This document shows, in pieces, positions 47,263 to 59,996 of a stretch of DNA of 64,000 nucleotides. The notes beneath the pieces are model-generated. The model did not search any database. It saw nothing but the letters and a program-made list of their open reading frames with translations, and was not told the DNA's origin. The position numbers and the translations under genes were made by a program. The stretch's first letter is position 1. Each line of letters starts with the position of its first letter. The stretch is from Escherichia coli (GTDB taxonomy: Bacteria; Pseudomonadota; Gammaproteobacteria; Enterobacterales; Enterobacteriaceae), in NCBI RefSeq assembly GCF_003334305.1, contig NZ_QOWS01000004.1, one strand, 5' to 3'.

Positions 47263-47808
47263 TTACAGAAGAGGCTTAAGTTGATTAAGGAATTCCGCAA
47301 GATTTGAGGCTAAATGCGTCCGTTTACGTGTTCCCAGCGTCTCTTTGCACACTTCACCGGAGAGATTACACACCGAGATGACCTCTAACTCTTCTTCCAG
47401 CGTCGCGATAAATAGCGTGGGCGGCAGTTTTAGCCTTTTCTGAGTCACCAGATGACCAATCAGATTTTCCTGCACCCGACGGAAGTCGTCTTCACTCCAG
47501 GTTTGCAGCAATGTCAGTTTGATATCGCCAAACTGCGCGTGCATATCCCCGGCAAACTGAGTCGTATAAAAGGTATGAATTGTGGGTTGTATCACAATAT
47601 CAAAAGCGCGTTCAACCGCGTTTACATTTTGTTCCCCGGTAAACGGCTGGGGTTGCCAGTATACGGCATCTTCGGTAGTTGAAATAATGCACGGTGAAGG
47701 AACACCGTACAGTTCCTCACTTAACGGCCAGCTTTTATGCTCTTCATGCCACGCATCGCAGTAGCGTGCAGTAAAATCTTTCAGGGCTTGTGCGGTCAAA
47801 TCGTCCAC
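47263..47808 (-). CDS. syd: SecY-interacting protein Syd
   Basis: 181-aa [45 protein letters not shown]... Confidence 0.93.
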
Positions 47809-47875
47809 TAATTTCTCTCTTCACTTAAACCAGATACACTTGTCGTTTAGTTTATCTGGTTTATGACGGTGAAAC

Positions 47876-48724
47876 ATGTCTTCTTATGCAAACCATCAGG
47901 CACTTGCGGGCCTGACTCTTGGAAAATCAACCGATTACCGGGATACCTATGACGCCAGCCTACTGCAAGGCGTTCCACGCAGCCTGAATCGCGACCCGCT
48001 GGGTCTGAAAGCGGATAACCTGCCTTTTCACGGTACGGATATCTGGACGCTGTATGAACTTTCCTGGCTGAATGCGAAAGGTTTGCCGCAGGTCGCTGTC
48101 GGTCATGTTGAACTTGATTACACCAGCGTAAATCTGATTGAGTCGAAGAGTTTTAAGCTCTATCTCAACAGTTTTAACCAGACGCGTTTTAATAACTGGG
48201 ATGAGGTGCGCCAGACGCTGGAGCGCGACTTAAGCACTTGCGCCCAGGGTAAGGTTAGCGTGGCGTTATATCGTCTTGATGAACTGGAAGGCCAGCCGAT
48301 AGGTCATTTCAATGGCACCTGCATTGATGACCAGGATATCACTATCGATAACTATGAATTCACTACTGACTATCTGGAGAATGCCACCAGCGGTGAAAAA
48401 GTAGTGGAAGAGACGCTTGTCAGCCACCTGCTGAAATCAAACTGCCTGATCACCCATCAACCAGATTGGGGTTCGATCCAAATTCAGTATCGTGGACGCC
48501 AAATTGACAGAGAAAAACTGCTGCGTTACCTGGTCTCATTCCGTCATCACAACGAGTTCCACGAACAGTGCGTGGAACGCATCTTTAATGACCTGTTACG
48601 CTTCTGCCAGCCAGAGAAATTAAGCGTTTACGCACGTTATACCCGTCGTGGCGGTCTGGACATTAACCCGTGGCGCAGTAATAGCGATTTTGTCCCATCG
48701 ACCACAAGACTGGTTCGGCAATAA
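47876..48724 (+). CDS. queF: NADPH-dependent 7-cyano-7-deazaguanine reductase
   Basis: 282-aa [38 protein letters not shown]... Confidence 0.95.
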   Translation: MSSYANHQALAGLTLGKSTDYRDTYDASLLQGVPRSLNRDPLGLKADNLPFHGTDIWTLYELSWLNAKGLPQVAVGHVELDYTSVNLIESKSFKLYLNSFNQTRFNNWDEVRQTLERDLSTCAQGKVSVALYRLDELEGQPIGHFNGTCIDDQDITIDNYEFTTDYLENATSGEKVVEETLVSHLLKSNCLITHQPDWGSIQIQYRGRQIDREKLLRYLVSFRHHNEFHEQCVERIFNDLLRFCQPEKLSVYARYTRRGGLDINPWRSNSDFVPSTTRLVRQ

Positions 48725-48835
48725 ATTTTTTCTCAATTTTGCGTGCTGGATTCACGCAGAAGGTTGTGAAAGGTCATCAGGCAGGGCTATTGTAATCAAA
48801 GGGAATGACGATATTCGTCCCATAAGGAGTTTTTC

Positions 48836-50200
48836 TTGATTACACATATTAGCCCGCTTGGCTCCATGGATATGTTGTCGCAGCTGGAAGTGGATATGCT
48901 TAAACGCACCGCCAGCAGCGACCTCTATCAACTGTTTCGCAACTGTTCACTTGCCGTACTGAACTCCGGTAGTTTGACCGATAACAGCAAAGAATTGCTG
49001 TCTCGTTTTGAAAATTTCGATATTAACGTCCTGCGCCGTGAACGCGGCGTAAAGCTGGAACTGATTAATCCCCCGGAAGAGGCTTTTGTCGATGGGCGAA
49101 TTATTCGCGCTTTGCAGGCCAACTTGTTCGCGGTCCTGCGTGACATTCTCTTCGTTTACGGGCAAATCCATAACACCGTTCGTTTTCCCAACCTGAATCT
49201 CGACAACTCCGTCCACATCACTAACCTGGTCTTTTCCATCTTGCGTAACGCTCGCGCGCTGCATGTGGGTGAAGCGCCAAATATGGTGGTCTGCTGGGGC
49301 GGTCACTCAATTAACGAAAACGAGTATTTGTATGCCCGTCGCGTCGGAAACCAGCTGGGCCTGCGTGAGCTGAATATCTGCACCGGCTGTGGTCCGGGAG
49401 CGATGGAAGCGCCGATGAAAGGTGCTGCGGTCGGACACGCGCAGCAGCGTTACAAAGACAGTCGTTTTATTGGTATGACAGAGCCGTCGATTATCGCCGC
49501 TGAACCGCCTAACCCGCTGGTCAACGAATTGATCATCATGCCAGATATCGAAAAACGTCTGGAAGCGTTTGTCCGTATCGCTCACGGTATCATTATCTTC
49601 CCTGGCGGTGTGGGTACGGCAGAAGAGTTGCTGTATTTGCTGGGAATTTTAATGAACCCGGCCAACAAAGATCAGGTTTTACCATTGATCCTCACCGGCC
49701 CGAAAGAGAGCGCCGACTACTTCCGCGTACTGGACGAGTTTGTCGTGCATACGCTGGGTGAAAACGCGCGCCGCCATTACCGCATCATCATTGATGACGC
49801 CGCTGAAGTCGCTCGTCAGATGAAAAAATCGATGCCGCTGGTGAAAGAAAATCGCCGCGACACAGGCGATGCCTACAGCTTTAACTGGTCAATGCGCATT
49901 GCGCCAGATTTGCAAATGCCGTTTGAGCCGTCTCACGAGAATATGGCTAATCTGAAGCTTTACCCGGATCAACCCGTTGAAGTGCTAGCTGCCGACCTGC
50001 GCCGTGCGTTCTCCGGTATTGTGGCGGGTAACGTAAAAGAAGTCGGTATTCGCGCCATTGAAGAGTTTGGTCCTTACAAAATCAACGGCGATAAAGAGAT
50101 TATGCGTCGTATGGACGACCTGCTACAGGGTTTTGTTGCCCAGCATCGTATGAAGTTGCCAGGCTCAGCCTACATCCCTTGCTACGAAATCTGCACGTAA
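48836..50200 (+). CDS. ppnN: Nucleotide 5'-monophosphate nucleosidase (LOG family)
   Basis: 454-aa ORF, formerly ygdH in K-12. Confidence 0.9.
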
Positions 50201-50757
50201 TCTCCCCCTCCCCCGGTGACGTTTGTTGCCGGGTTTTCTCGTTTTTGGTCACTTACTCATCAACTCATTTCATTTGTTATATGAATGTTTCTTACCACCC
50301 TCACGCGACAAATATCATCACAGTTAATATGTCATACAATTTATGTTGCAACGCAAACGTTTCCCTATTTTCATAAACCGTATTTTATCGCTATGAAAAA
50401 GAAATTATCGCCATGATTAACTAAAAGTATTGATTTTTTCAGTTCAACCTACATATATTGCGCGCCCCGGAAGAAGTCAGATGTCGTTTAATGGGCAAAT
50501 ATTGCCCTTAAATTCTCTTTTACTTTTGATTTACAGAGTAAAGCGTTGGGATAATCTATCTTCCAAGTAGATTATTGTATTTGAGATCAAGATCACTGAT
50601 AGATACATAACTTGTGTGTATCTTTCCGCCCTCAAATTATTACGGCGGTAAATGATTAAGCCATCGCCGATAGACAGATTTCATTTTTACGGTCAGGCAC
50701 CTTCCCGGGCTGAACTGGCTAAAAGCTGAATTATTTGCATTCCTCCAGGAGAAATAG

Positions 50758-52047
50758 ATGGAAACGACTCAAACCAGCACGATTGCGTCGAAAGACTCTC
50801 GTAGTGCCTGGCGCAAGACAGACACCATGTGGATGCTGGGCCTTTACGGCACGGCAATCGGCGCGGGCGTGCTGTTCCTGCCAATCAACGCCGGTGTTGG
50901 CGGTATGATCCCGCTGATCATCATGGCTATCCTTGCGTTCCCGATGACATTTTTTGCACACCGCGGCCTGACTCGCTTCGTACTGTCTGGTAAAAACCCG
51001 GGCGAAGACATCACCGAGGTTGTAGAAGAACACTTTGGTATTGGCGCAGGTAAACTGATTACCCTGCTCTATTTCTTCGCTATCTACCCGATCCTGCTGG
51101 TTTATAGCGTAGCAATCACCAATACAGTTGAAAGCTTCATGTCTCACCAGCTGGGTATGACACCACCGCCGCGTGCGATTCTGTCGCTGATCCTGATCGT
51201 GGGTATGATGACCATCGTTCGCTTCGGTGAGCAGATGATCGTTAAAGCGATGAGTATTCTGGTATTCCCGTTTGTTGGCGTACTGATGCTGCTGGCTCTG
51301 TACCTGATCCCGCAGTGGAACGGCGCAGCACTGGAAACGCTGTCTCTGGACACTGCATCTGCAACCGGGAACGGTTTGTGGATGACCCTGTGGCTGGCAA
51401 TTCCGGTAATGGTGTTCTCGTTCAACCACTCTCCGATCATCTCTTCTTTCGCCGTTGCGAAGCGTGAAGAGTACGGCGATATGGCAGAACAGAAATGCTC
51501 GAAGATCCTTGCATTCGCACACATCATGATGGTGCTGACCGTAATGTTCTTCGTCTTCAGCTGCGTACTGAGCCTGACTCCGGCAGACCTGGCTGCGGCT
51601 AAAGAGCAGAACATCTCGATTCTGTCTTACCTGGCTAACCACTTTAACGCACCGGTTATCGCGTGGATGGCTCCGATTATCGCGATTATCGCTATCACCA
51701 AATCCTTCCTCGGCCACTACCTGGGCGCACGTGAAGGCTTCAACGGTATGGTGATTAAATCTCTGCGTGGTAAAGGTAAGTCTATCGAAATCAACAAGCT
51801 GAACCGTATCACTGCGCTGTTCATGCTGGTAACGACCTGGATTGTTGCCACCCTGAACCCGAGCATCCTGGGTATGATTGAAACCCTGGGCGGCCCAATC
51901 ATCGCGATGATCCTGTTCCTGATGCCGATGTACGCAATTCAGAAAGTACCGGCAATGCGTAAGTACAGCGGTCACATCAGCAACGTATTCGTTGTCGTGA
52001 TGGGTCTGATTGCAATCTCCGCAATCTTCTACTCTCTGTTCAGCTAA
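50758..52047 (+). CDS. sdaC: Serine:H+ symporter
   Basis: 429-aa multi-pass ORF directly upstream of sdaB; long upstream leader region 50201-50757. Confidence 0.95.
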   Translation: METTQTSTIASKDSRSAWRKTDTMWMLGLYGTAIGAGVLFLPINAGVGGMIPLIIMAILAFPMTFFAHRGLTRFVLSGKNPGEDITEVVEEHFGIGAGKLITLLYFFAIYPILLVYSVAITNTVESFMSHQLGMTPPPRAILSLILIVGMMTIVRFGEQMIVKAMSILVFPFVGVLMLLALYLIPQWNGAALETLSLDTASATGNGLWMTLWLAIPVMVFSFNHSPIISSFAVAKREEYGDMAEQKCSKILAFAHIMMVLTVMFFVFSCVLSLTPADLAAAKEQNISILSYLANHFNAPVIAWMAPIIAIIAITKSFLGHYLGAREGFNGMVIKSLRGKGKSIEINKLNRITALFMLVTTWIVATLNPSILGMIETLGGPIIAMILFLMPMYAIQKVPAMRKYSGHISNVFVVVMGLIAISAIFYSLFS

Positions 52048-52104
52048 GTCCTTTCGCGCCGCTTTCGGGCGGCGCTTCCTCCGTTTTAACGCGATGTATT
52101 TCCT

Positions 52105-53472
52105 ATGATTAGCGTATTCGATATTTTCAAAATCGGCATTGGCCCTTCCAGTTCTCATACCGTTGGACCAATGAAAGCGGGTAAACAATTTACCGACGAT
52201 CTGATTGCCCGTAACCTGCTTAAAGACGTGACCCGCGTGGTGGTTGACGTGTACGGCTCGCTCTCTCTGACCGGTAAAGGCCACCACACTGATATCGCCA
52301 TTATTATGGGCCTGGCGGGTAACCTGCCGGATACCGTGGATATCGATTCCATCCCCGGTTTTATTCAGGATGTGAATACTCATGGTCGCCTGATGCTGGC
52401 AAACGGTCAGCATGAAGTGGAGTTCCCGGTTGATCAGTGCATGAACTTCCATGCCGACAACCTTTCTCTGCATGAAAACGGTATGCGCATTACCGCACTG
52501 GCGGGCGATAAAGTCATTTACAGCCAGACTTACTACTCTATCGGCGGTGGCTTTATCGTTGATGAAGAACATTTTGGCCAGCAGGATAGCGCACCGGTTG
52601 AAGTTCCTTATCCGTACAGTTCAGCAGCCGATCTGCAAAAACATTGTCAGGAAACCGGGCTGTCACTCTCTGGCCTGATGATGAAAAACGAGCTGGCGCT
52701 GCACAGCAAAGAAGAGCTGGAACAGCACCTGGCGAACGTCTGGGAAGTCATGCGCGGCGGTATTGAGCGCGGTATTTCTACCGAAGGCGTGTTGCCTGGC
52801 AAACTGCGCGTACCACGCCGTGCTGCGGCACTACGCCGGATGCTGGTCAGCCAGGATAAAACCACCACTGACCCGATGGCGGTTGTTGACTGGATCAACA
52901 TGTTTGCACTGGCAGTGAACGAAGAGAACGCCGCTGGCGGTCGCGTGGTGACTGCGCCGACTAACGGTGCGTGCGGGATTATCCCGGCTGTGCTGGCGTA
53001 CTACGATAAGTTTATCCGCGAAGTGAACGCTAACTCACTGGCTCGTTACCTGCTGGTAGCCAGTGCCATTGGTTCTCTTTATAAGATGAACGCGTCAATT
53101 TCTGGTGCTGAAGTCGGCTGCCAGGGTGAAGTTGGTGTGGCGTGCTCAATGGCGGCGGCTGGTCTGGCAGAACTGTTAGGTGCAAGCCCGGCGCAGGTGT
53201 GCATCGCGGCGGAAATCGCCATGGAGCACAACCTCGGTCTGACGTGTGACCCGGTCGCCGGACAGGTCCAGGTGCCATGCATCGAGCGTAACGCCATTGC
53301 GGCAGTAAAAGCGGTGAACGCCGCACGTATGGCGCTACGCCGTACCAGCGAGCCGCGCGTCTGCCTCGATAAAGTTATCGAAACCATGTACGAAACAGGT
53401 AAAGATATGAACGCCAAGTACCGCGAAACCTCTCGCGGCGGCCTGGCAATGAAGATCGTTGCCTGCGATTAA
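52105..53472 (+). CDS. sdaB: L-serine dehydratase 2 (Fe-S)
   Basis: 455-aa ORF MISVFDIFKIGIGPSSSHTVGPMKAG... Confidence 0.95.
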   Translation: MISVFDIFKIGIGPSSSHTVGPMKAGKQFTDDLIARNLLKDVTRVVVDVYGSLSLTGKGHHTDIAIIMGLAGNLPDTVDIDSIPGFIQDVNTHGRLMLANGQHEVEFPVDQCMNFHADNLSLHENGMRITALAGDKVIYSQTYYSIGGGFIVDEEHFGQQDSAPVEVPYPYSSAADLQKHCQETGLSLSGLMMKNELALHSKEELEQHLANVWEVMRGGIERGISTEGVLPGKLRVPRRAAALRRMLVSQDKTTTDPMAVVDWINMFALAVNEENAAGGRVVTAPTNGACGIIPAVLAYYDKFIREVNANSLARYLLVASAIGSLYKMNASISGAEVGCQGEVGVACSMAAAGLAELLGASPAQVCIAAEIAMEHNLGLTCDPVAGQVQVPCIERNAIAAVKAVNAARMALRRTSEPRVCLDKVIETMYETGKDMNAKYRETSRGGLAMKIVACD

Positions 53473-54339
<867 letters not shown>

Positions 54340-54345
54340 CGGCGA

Positions 54346-54375
54346 GCCGGATACGCCGCAAACGTCGTATCCGGC
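54346..54375. terminator. Inverted-repeat hairpin between convergent xni and fucO (probable bidirectional terminator/REP-like)
   Basis: GCCGGATACG-10 nt-CGTATCCGGC. Confidence 0.45.
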
Positions 54376-54393
54376 ATTATCACATCAGCGCAT

Positions 54394-55545
54394 TTACCAG
54401 GCGGTATGGTAAAGCTCTACAATATCCTCAAGCGTTGCTTCACGCGGGTTGCCACCGGTACAAACATCATCCAGTGCCGCCTGCGCCAGTGCCGGAATGT
54501 CTTCCTTGCGTACACCAACATCACGCAAATGTGGCGGAATACCGACATCACGGTTGAGAGCAAACACCGCTTCAACAGCGGCATTACGCGCCTCTTCCAG
54601 GCTCATACCTTCCACTTTCACGCCCATAACGCGCGCGATATCGCGGTACTTCTCACCGGTAAAGTCAGCGTTATAGCGCATGACATGCGGTAACAGGATG
54701 GCGTTCGCAACACCGTGTGGAGTGTTGTAAAACGCGCCCAGTGGATGCGCCATACCATGCACCAACCCTAACCCAACATTCGAGAAGCCCATACCCGCAA
54801 CATACTGCCCGAGCGCCATTTCTTCTCCGGCATCCTTATCACCAGCAACCGATCCTCGCAGCGCCCCAGCAATGATTTCAATCGCTTTAATGTGCAGTGC
54901 ATCGGTTAGTGCCCACGCGCCACGGGTAATATACCCCTCAATAGCATGAGTGAGCGCATCGACACCCGTCGCGGCTTTCAGCGCTGGAGGCATACCATCC
55001 ATCATGTCAGCGTCAATAAACGCCACCTGCGGGATATCATGCGGATCAACGCAAACAAACTTGCGCCGTTTCTCTTCGTCAGTGATCACGTAGTTAATGG
55101 TCACTTCTGCCGCAGTACCTGCTGTGGTAGGAATTGCCAGAATCGGTACACTGGGTTTATTGGTCGGGGAAAGCCCTTCCAGGCTACGCACATCGGCAAA
55201 CTCCGGGTTGTTGCTGATAATGCCAATCGCTTTACAGGTATCCTGTGGAGAACCACCACCAATAGCGATCAGGTAATCCGCGCCGCTATTCTGGAATACA
55301 CCGAGCCCTTCTTTGACGACAGTAATTGTTGGGTTGGGCACTACGCCGTCGTAAATCGCCCATGCCAGCCCTGCAGCATCCATCTTATCGGTCACTTTCG
55401 CCACCACGCCGCATTGCACCAGCGTTTTATCGGTGACGATCAGCGCCTTCTGATAACCACGGCGTTTCACCTCATCGGTTAAAGCCCCAACAGCACCCCG
55501 ACCAAACCATGCCGTTTCGTTCAGAATCATTCTGTTAGCCATCAT
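54394..55545 (-). CDS. fucO: L-1,2-propanediol oxidoreductase (lactaldehyde reductase)
   Basis: ORF MMANRMILNETAWFGRGAVGALTDEV...; the true start may be the second ATG (55542). Confidence 0.96.
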   Translation of the reverse strand: MMANRMILNETAWFGRGAVGALTDEVKRRGYQKALIVTDKTLVQCGVVAKVTDKMDAAGLAWAIYDGVVPNPTITVVKEGLGVFQNSGADYLIAIGGGSPQDTCKAIGIISNNPEFADVRSLEGLSPTNKPSVPILAIPTTAGTAAEVTINYVITDEEKRRKFVCVDPHDIPQVAFIDADMMDGMPPALKAATGVDALTHAIEGYITRGAWALTDALHIKAIEIIAGALRGSVAGDKDAGEEMALGQYVAGMGFSNVGLGLVHGMAHPLGAFYNTPHGVANAILLPHVMRYNADFTGEKYRDIARVMGVKVEGMSLEEARNAAVEAVFALNRDVGIPPHLRDVGVRKEDIPALAQAALDDVCTGGNPREATLEDIVELYHTAW

Positions 55546-55569
55546 CCTTCTCCTTGTTGCTTTACGAAA

Positions 55570-56217
55570 TTACTCTTCAATCCGTAACCCATAGGTTTTG
55601 AATTTCTCCAGCACTACGGCAATCTCTTCATCGCTCAGCACTGGCACCGGGTCCGTAATCGCCAGGGTCGTCAGGTAAAGTTGCGCCAGCACTTCAACTT
55701 CATGCGCCAGCCATAACGCTTTTTCCAGATTCACCTCACAAGCGATAAGCCCATGATGTTGTAACAAAGTTGCCTTACGATTTTTGAGAGCCAGCGCAAC
55801 ATGTTCAGAAAGTTCGCGTGTTCCAAAGGTCGCATAAGGCGCGCAAGGAATAGAATTACCACCTGCCGCCGCAATCATGTAGTGAATAGCGGGGATCGGT
55901 CGGTTAAGAATGGAAACTGCTGTGCAATGAACGGCATGATTGTGAACAACCGCGTTGGCATCCGGTCTGCTTTGATAGGCCGCCATATGGAAACGCCATT
56001 CGCTTGAGGGGAGCTTTCCTTCCTCATGTTTACCGTTGCCATCAATAAAGACAATATGCGACTCCGTCAGTTTTTCATATGGAATGCCTGTAGGCGTAAT
56101 CAGCATCCCATCCTGATAACGTACACTGACGTTCCCCGCTGTCCCCTGGTTCAGTCCCAGGCGGGTCATTTCCAGGCAAGTGTCAATAATCTGACGAGCA
56201 AGTTTATTTCGTTCCAT
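55570..56217 (-). CDS. fucA: L-fuculose-phosphate aldolase
   Basis: 215-aa ORF MERNKLARQIIDTCLEMTRLGLNQGTAGNVSVRY... Confidence 0.96.
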   Translation of the reverse strand: MERNKLARQIIDTCLEMTRLGLNQGTAGNVSVRYQDGMLITPTGIPYEKLTESHIVFIDGNGKHEEGKLPSSEWRFHMAAYQSRPDANAVVHNHAVHCTAVSILNRPIPAIHYMIAAAGGNSIPCAPYATFGTRELSEHVALALKNRKATLLQHHGLIACEVNLEKALWLAHEVEVLAQLYLTTLAITDPVPVLSDEEIAVVLEKFKTYGLRIEE

Positions 56218-56763
56218 TAGCTACCTCTCTCTGATTCAAAACAGGGCAATAATGTTGTTCCTTTCACACTATTGAATTAGCCGTTTAATTACCCACCATC
56301 TTCTTCCTGATTAACAAGAAAGAAATTCACAAGCTTATATTTTGTGACCTGGTTCAACTAATCACAGTAAATAACTGCAAGTTCTCTTTTTATAACCCCA
56401 TTAAAAATGACCGCTCTTAAAAATATTTATCAAAACGGTCATTTTTCTATTCACCCAAGCCAGGAATGCCCGTTTTCGGCATAAACAATTAATACGGTCA
56501 TCTGGTTTGTGTTTTTTATGATTTATTTTCTGAAACGGGCATGAAATTTCGATTATTAAAGTGATGGTAGTCACATAAAGTCACCTTCCAGCTAATAAGT
56601 GTGACCGCCGTCATATTACAGAGCGTTTTTTATTTGAAAATGAATCCATGAGTTCATTTCAGACAGGCAAATATTCACTGATATGAAGCCCGAACTCGCT
56701 GGTTTTGCACTTTTGAAAACATAACCGATTACGTGCTTAAGCTTCTGAACCTAAGAGGATGCT
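56218..56763. promoter_or_regulatory. Divergent fucAO / fucPIKUR control region
   Basis: 546-nt AT-rich intergenic region between divergent fucA and fucP; CRP/FucR sites expected but not individually resolved by eye. Confidence 0.6.
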
Positions 56764-58080
56764 ATGGGAAACACATCAATACAAACGCAGAGTTACCGTG
56801 CGGTAGATAAAGATGCAGGGCAAAGCAGAAGTTACATTATTCCATTCGCGCTGCTGTGCTCACTGTTTTTTCTTTGGGCGGTAGCCAATAACCTTAACGA
56901 CATTTTATTACCTCAATTCCAGCAGGCTTTTACGCTGACAAATTTCCAGGCTGGCCTGATCCAATCGGCCTTTTACTTTGGTTATTTCATTATCCCAATC
57001 CCTGCTGGGATATTGATGAAAAAACTCAGCTATAAAGCAGGGATTATTACCGGATTATTTTTATATGCCTTGGGCGCTGCATTATTCTGGCCCGCTGCAG
57101 AAATAATGAACTACACCTTATTTTTAGTTGGCCTATTTATTATTGCAGCCGGATTAGGTTGTCTGGAAACTGCCGCAAACCCTTTTGTTACGGTATTAGG
57201 GCCAGAAAGCAGTGGTCACTTCCGCTTAAATCTTGCGCAAACATTTAACTCGTTTGGCGCAATTATCGCGGTTGTCTTTGGGCAAAGTCTTATTTTGTCT
57301 AACGTGCCACATCAATCGCAAGACGTTCTCGATAAAATGTCTCCAGAGCAATTGAGTGCGTATAAACACAGCCTGGTATTATCGGTACAGACACCTTATA
57401 TGATCATCGTGGCTATCGTGTTACTGGTCGCCCTGCTGATCATGCTGACGAAATTCCCGGCATTGCAGAGTGATAATCACAGTGACGCCAAACAAGGATC
57501 GTTCTCCGCATCGCTTTCTCGTCTGGCGCGTATTCGTCACTGGCGCTGGGCGGTATTAGCGCAATTCTGCTATGTCGGCGCACAAACGGCCTGCTGGAGC
57601 TATTTGATTCGCTACGCTGTAGAAGAAATTCCAGGTATGACTGCCGGCTTTGCCGCTAACTATTTAACCGGAACCATGGTGTGCTTCTTTATTGGTCGTT
57701 TCACCGGTACCTGGCTCATCAGTCGCTTCGCACCACACAAAGTCCTGGCCGCCTACGCATTAATCGCTATGGCACTGTGCCTGATCTCAGCCTTCGCTGG
57801 CGGTCATGTGGGCTTAATAGCCCTGACTTTATGCAGCGCCTTTATGTCGATTCAGTACCCAACAATCTTCTCGCTGGGCATTAAGAATCTCGGCCAGGAC
57901 ACCAAATACGGTTCGTCCTTCATCGTTATGACCATTATTGGCGGCGGTATTGTCACTCCGGTCATGGGTTTTGTCAGTGACGCGGCGGGCAACATCCCCA
58001 CTGCTGAACTGATCCCCGCACTCTGCTTCGCGGTCATCTTTATCTTTGCCCGTTTCCGTTCTCAAACGGCAACTAACTGA
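56764..58080 (+). CDS. fucP: L-fucose:H+ symporter
   Basis: 438-aa multi-pass ORF MGNTSIQTQSYRAVDKDAGQSRSYIIPFALLC... Confidence 0.96.
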   Translation: MGNTSIQTQSYRAVDKDAGQSRSYIIPFALLCSLFFLWAVANNLNDILLPQFQQAFTLTNFQAGLIQSAFYFGYFIIPIPAGILMKKLSYKAGIITGLFLYALGAALFWPAAEIMNYTLFLVGLFIIAAGLGCLETAANPFVTVLGPESSGHFRLNLAQTFNSFGAIIAVVFGQSLILSNVPHQSQDVLDKMSPEQLSAYKHSLVLSVQTPYMIIVAIVLLVALLIMLTKFPALQSDNHSDAKQGSFSASLSRLARIRHWRWAVLAQFCYVGAQTACWSYLIRYAVEEIPGMTAGFAANYLTGTMVCFFIGRFTGTWLISRFAPHKVLAAYALIAMALCLISAFAGGHVGLIALTLCSAFMSIQYPTIFSLGIKNLGQDTKYGSSFIVMTIIGGGIVTPVMGFVSDAAGNIPTAELIPALCFAVIFIFARFRSQTATN

Positions 58081-58112
58081 ACATATTTTCCGAATAAAGT
58101 GAGGAATCTGTA

Positions 58113-59888
58113 ATGAAAAAAATCAGCTTACCGAAAATTGGTATCCGCCCGGTTATTGACGGTCGTCGCATGGGTGTTCGTGAGTCGCTTGAAGAACAAA
58201 CAATGAATATGGCGAAAGCTACGGCCGCACTGCTGACCGAGAAACTGCGCCATGCCTGCGGAGCTGCCGTCGAGTGTGTCATTTCCGATACCTGTATCGC
58301 GGGTATGGCTGAAGCCGCTGCTTGCGAAGAAAAATTCAGCAGCCAGAATGTAGGCCTCACCATTACGGTAACGCCTTGCTGGTGCTATGGCAGTGAAACC
58401 ATCGACATGGATCCAACCCGCCCGAAAGCCATTTGGGGCTTTAACGGCACTGAACGTCCCGGCGCTGTTTACCTGGCAGCGGCTCTGGCAGCTCACAGCC
58501 AGAAAGGCATCCCGGCATTCTCCATTTACGGTCATGACGTTCAGGATGCCGATGACACATCGATTCCTGCCGATGTTGAAGAAAAACTGCTGCGCTTTGC
58601 CCGCGCCGGTTTGGCCGTCGCCAGCATGAAAGGTAAAAGCTATCTGTCGCTGGGCGGCGTTTCGATGGGTATCGCCGGTTCCATCGTTGATCACAACTTC
58701 TTTGAATCCTGGCTGGGAATGAAAGTCCAGGCGGTGGATATGACCGAACTGCGTCGCCGTATCGATCAGAAGATTTACGACGAAGCCGAACTGGAAATGG
58801 CACTGGCCTGGGCTGATAAAAACTTCCGCTATGGCGAAGATGAAAATAACAAACAGTATCAACGCAATGCCGAGCAAAGCCGCGCAGTTCTGCGCGAAAG
58901 TTTACTGATGGCGATGTGTATCCGCGACATGATGCAAGGCAACAGCAAACTGGCCGATATTGGTCGCGTGGAAGAATCACTTGGCTACAACGCCATCGCT
59001 GCGGGCTTCCAGGGGCAACGTCACTGGACCGATCAATATCCCAATGGTGACACCGCCGAAGCGATCCTCAACAGTTCATTTGACTGGAATGGCGTGCGCG
59101 AACCCTTTGTCGTGGCGACCGAAAACGACAGTCTTAACGGCGTGGCAATGCTAATGGGTCACCAGCTCACCGGCACCGCTCAGGTATTTGCCGATGTGCG
59201 TACCTACTGGTCACCAGAAGCAATTGAGCGTGTAACGGGGCATAAACTCGATGGACTGGCAGAACACGGCATCATCCATTTGATCAACTCAGGTTCTGCT
59301 GCGCTGGACGGTTCCTGTAAACAACGCGACAGCGAAGGTAACCCGACGATGAAGCCGCACTGGGAAATCTCTCAGCAAGAGGCTGACGCTTGCCTCGCCG
59401 CTACCGAATGGTGCCCGGCGATCCACGAATACTTCCGTGGCGGCGGTTACTCTTCCCGCTTCCTTACCGAAGGCGGCGTCCCGTTCACCATGACTCGTGT
59501 CAACATCATCAAAGGCCTGGGACCGGTACTGCAAATCGCGGAAGGCTGGAGCGTGGAATTGCCGAAGGATGTGCATGACATCCTCAACAAACGCACCAAC
59601 TCAACCTGGCCAACCACCTGGTTTGCACCGCGCCTCACCGGTAAAGGGCCGTTTACGGATGTGTATTCGGTAATGGCGAACTGGGGCGCTAACCACGGGG
59701 TTCTGACCATCGGCCACGTTGGCGCAGACTTTATCACTCTCGCCTCCATGCTGCGTATCCCGGTATGTATGCACAACGTTGAAGAGACCAAAGTATATCG
59801 TCCTTCTGCCTGGGCCGCGCACGGCATGGATATTGAAGGTCAGGATTACCGCGCTTGCCAGAACTACGGCCCGTTGTACAAGCGTTAA
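58113..59888 (+). CDS. fucI: L-fucose isomerase
   Basis: 591-aa [33 protein letters not shown]... Confidence 0.97.
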   Translation: MKKISLPKIGIRPVIDGRRMGVRESLEEQTMNMAKATAALLTEKLRHACGAAVECVISDTCIAGMAEAAACEEKFSSQNVGLTITVTPCWCYGSETIDMDPTRPKAIWGFNGTERPGAVYLAAALAAHSQKGIPAFSIYGHDVQDADDTSIPADVEEKLLRFARAGLAVASMKGKSYLSLGGVSMGIAGSIVDHNFFESWLGMKVQAVDMTELRRRIDQKIYDEAELEMALAWADKNFRYGEDENNKQYQRNAEQSRAVLRESLLMAMCIRDMMQGNSKLADIGRVEESLGYNAIAAGFQGQRHWTDQYPNGDTAEAILNSSFDWNGVREPFVVATENDSLNGVAMLMGHQLTGTAQVFADVRTYWSPEAIERVTGHKLDGLAEHGIIHLINSGSAALDGSCKQRDSEGNPTMKPHWEISQQEADACLAATEWCPAIHEYFRGGGYSSRFLTEGGVPFTMTRVNIIKGLGPVLQIAEGWSVELPKDVHDILNKRTNSTWPTTWFAPRLTGKGPFTDVYSVMANWGANHGVLTIGHVGADFITLASMLRIPVCMHNVEETKVYRPSAWAAHGMDIEGQDYRACQNYGPLYKR

Positions 59889-59996
59889 TACATTACTCCC
59901 TGATGTGATGCCCGGTCGCTCCGGCTACCGGGCCTGAACAAGCAAGAGTGGTTAGCCGGATAAGCAATGTTATCCGGCTATATTGCAGGAGCGATT

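Noticed and set aside
50201-50757. Inverted repeat AGATACA...TGTATCT and long gap upstream of sdaC
   Set aside because: Consistent with a long 5' leader and promoter region; no strong terminator or ORF to support a separate feature.
50731-52572. 613-aa minus-strand ORF opposite sdaC-sdaB
   Set aside because: Longest spurious ORF in the window, but antisense to two strongly supported genes and His/Arg/Cys-rich nonsense composition; likely a codon-bias by-product.
58128-58877. 249-aa minus-strand ORF opposite fucI
   Set aside because: Antisense to fucI.
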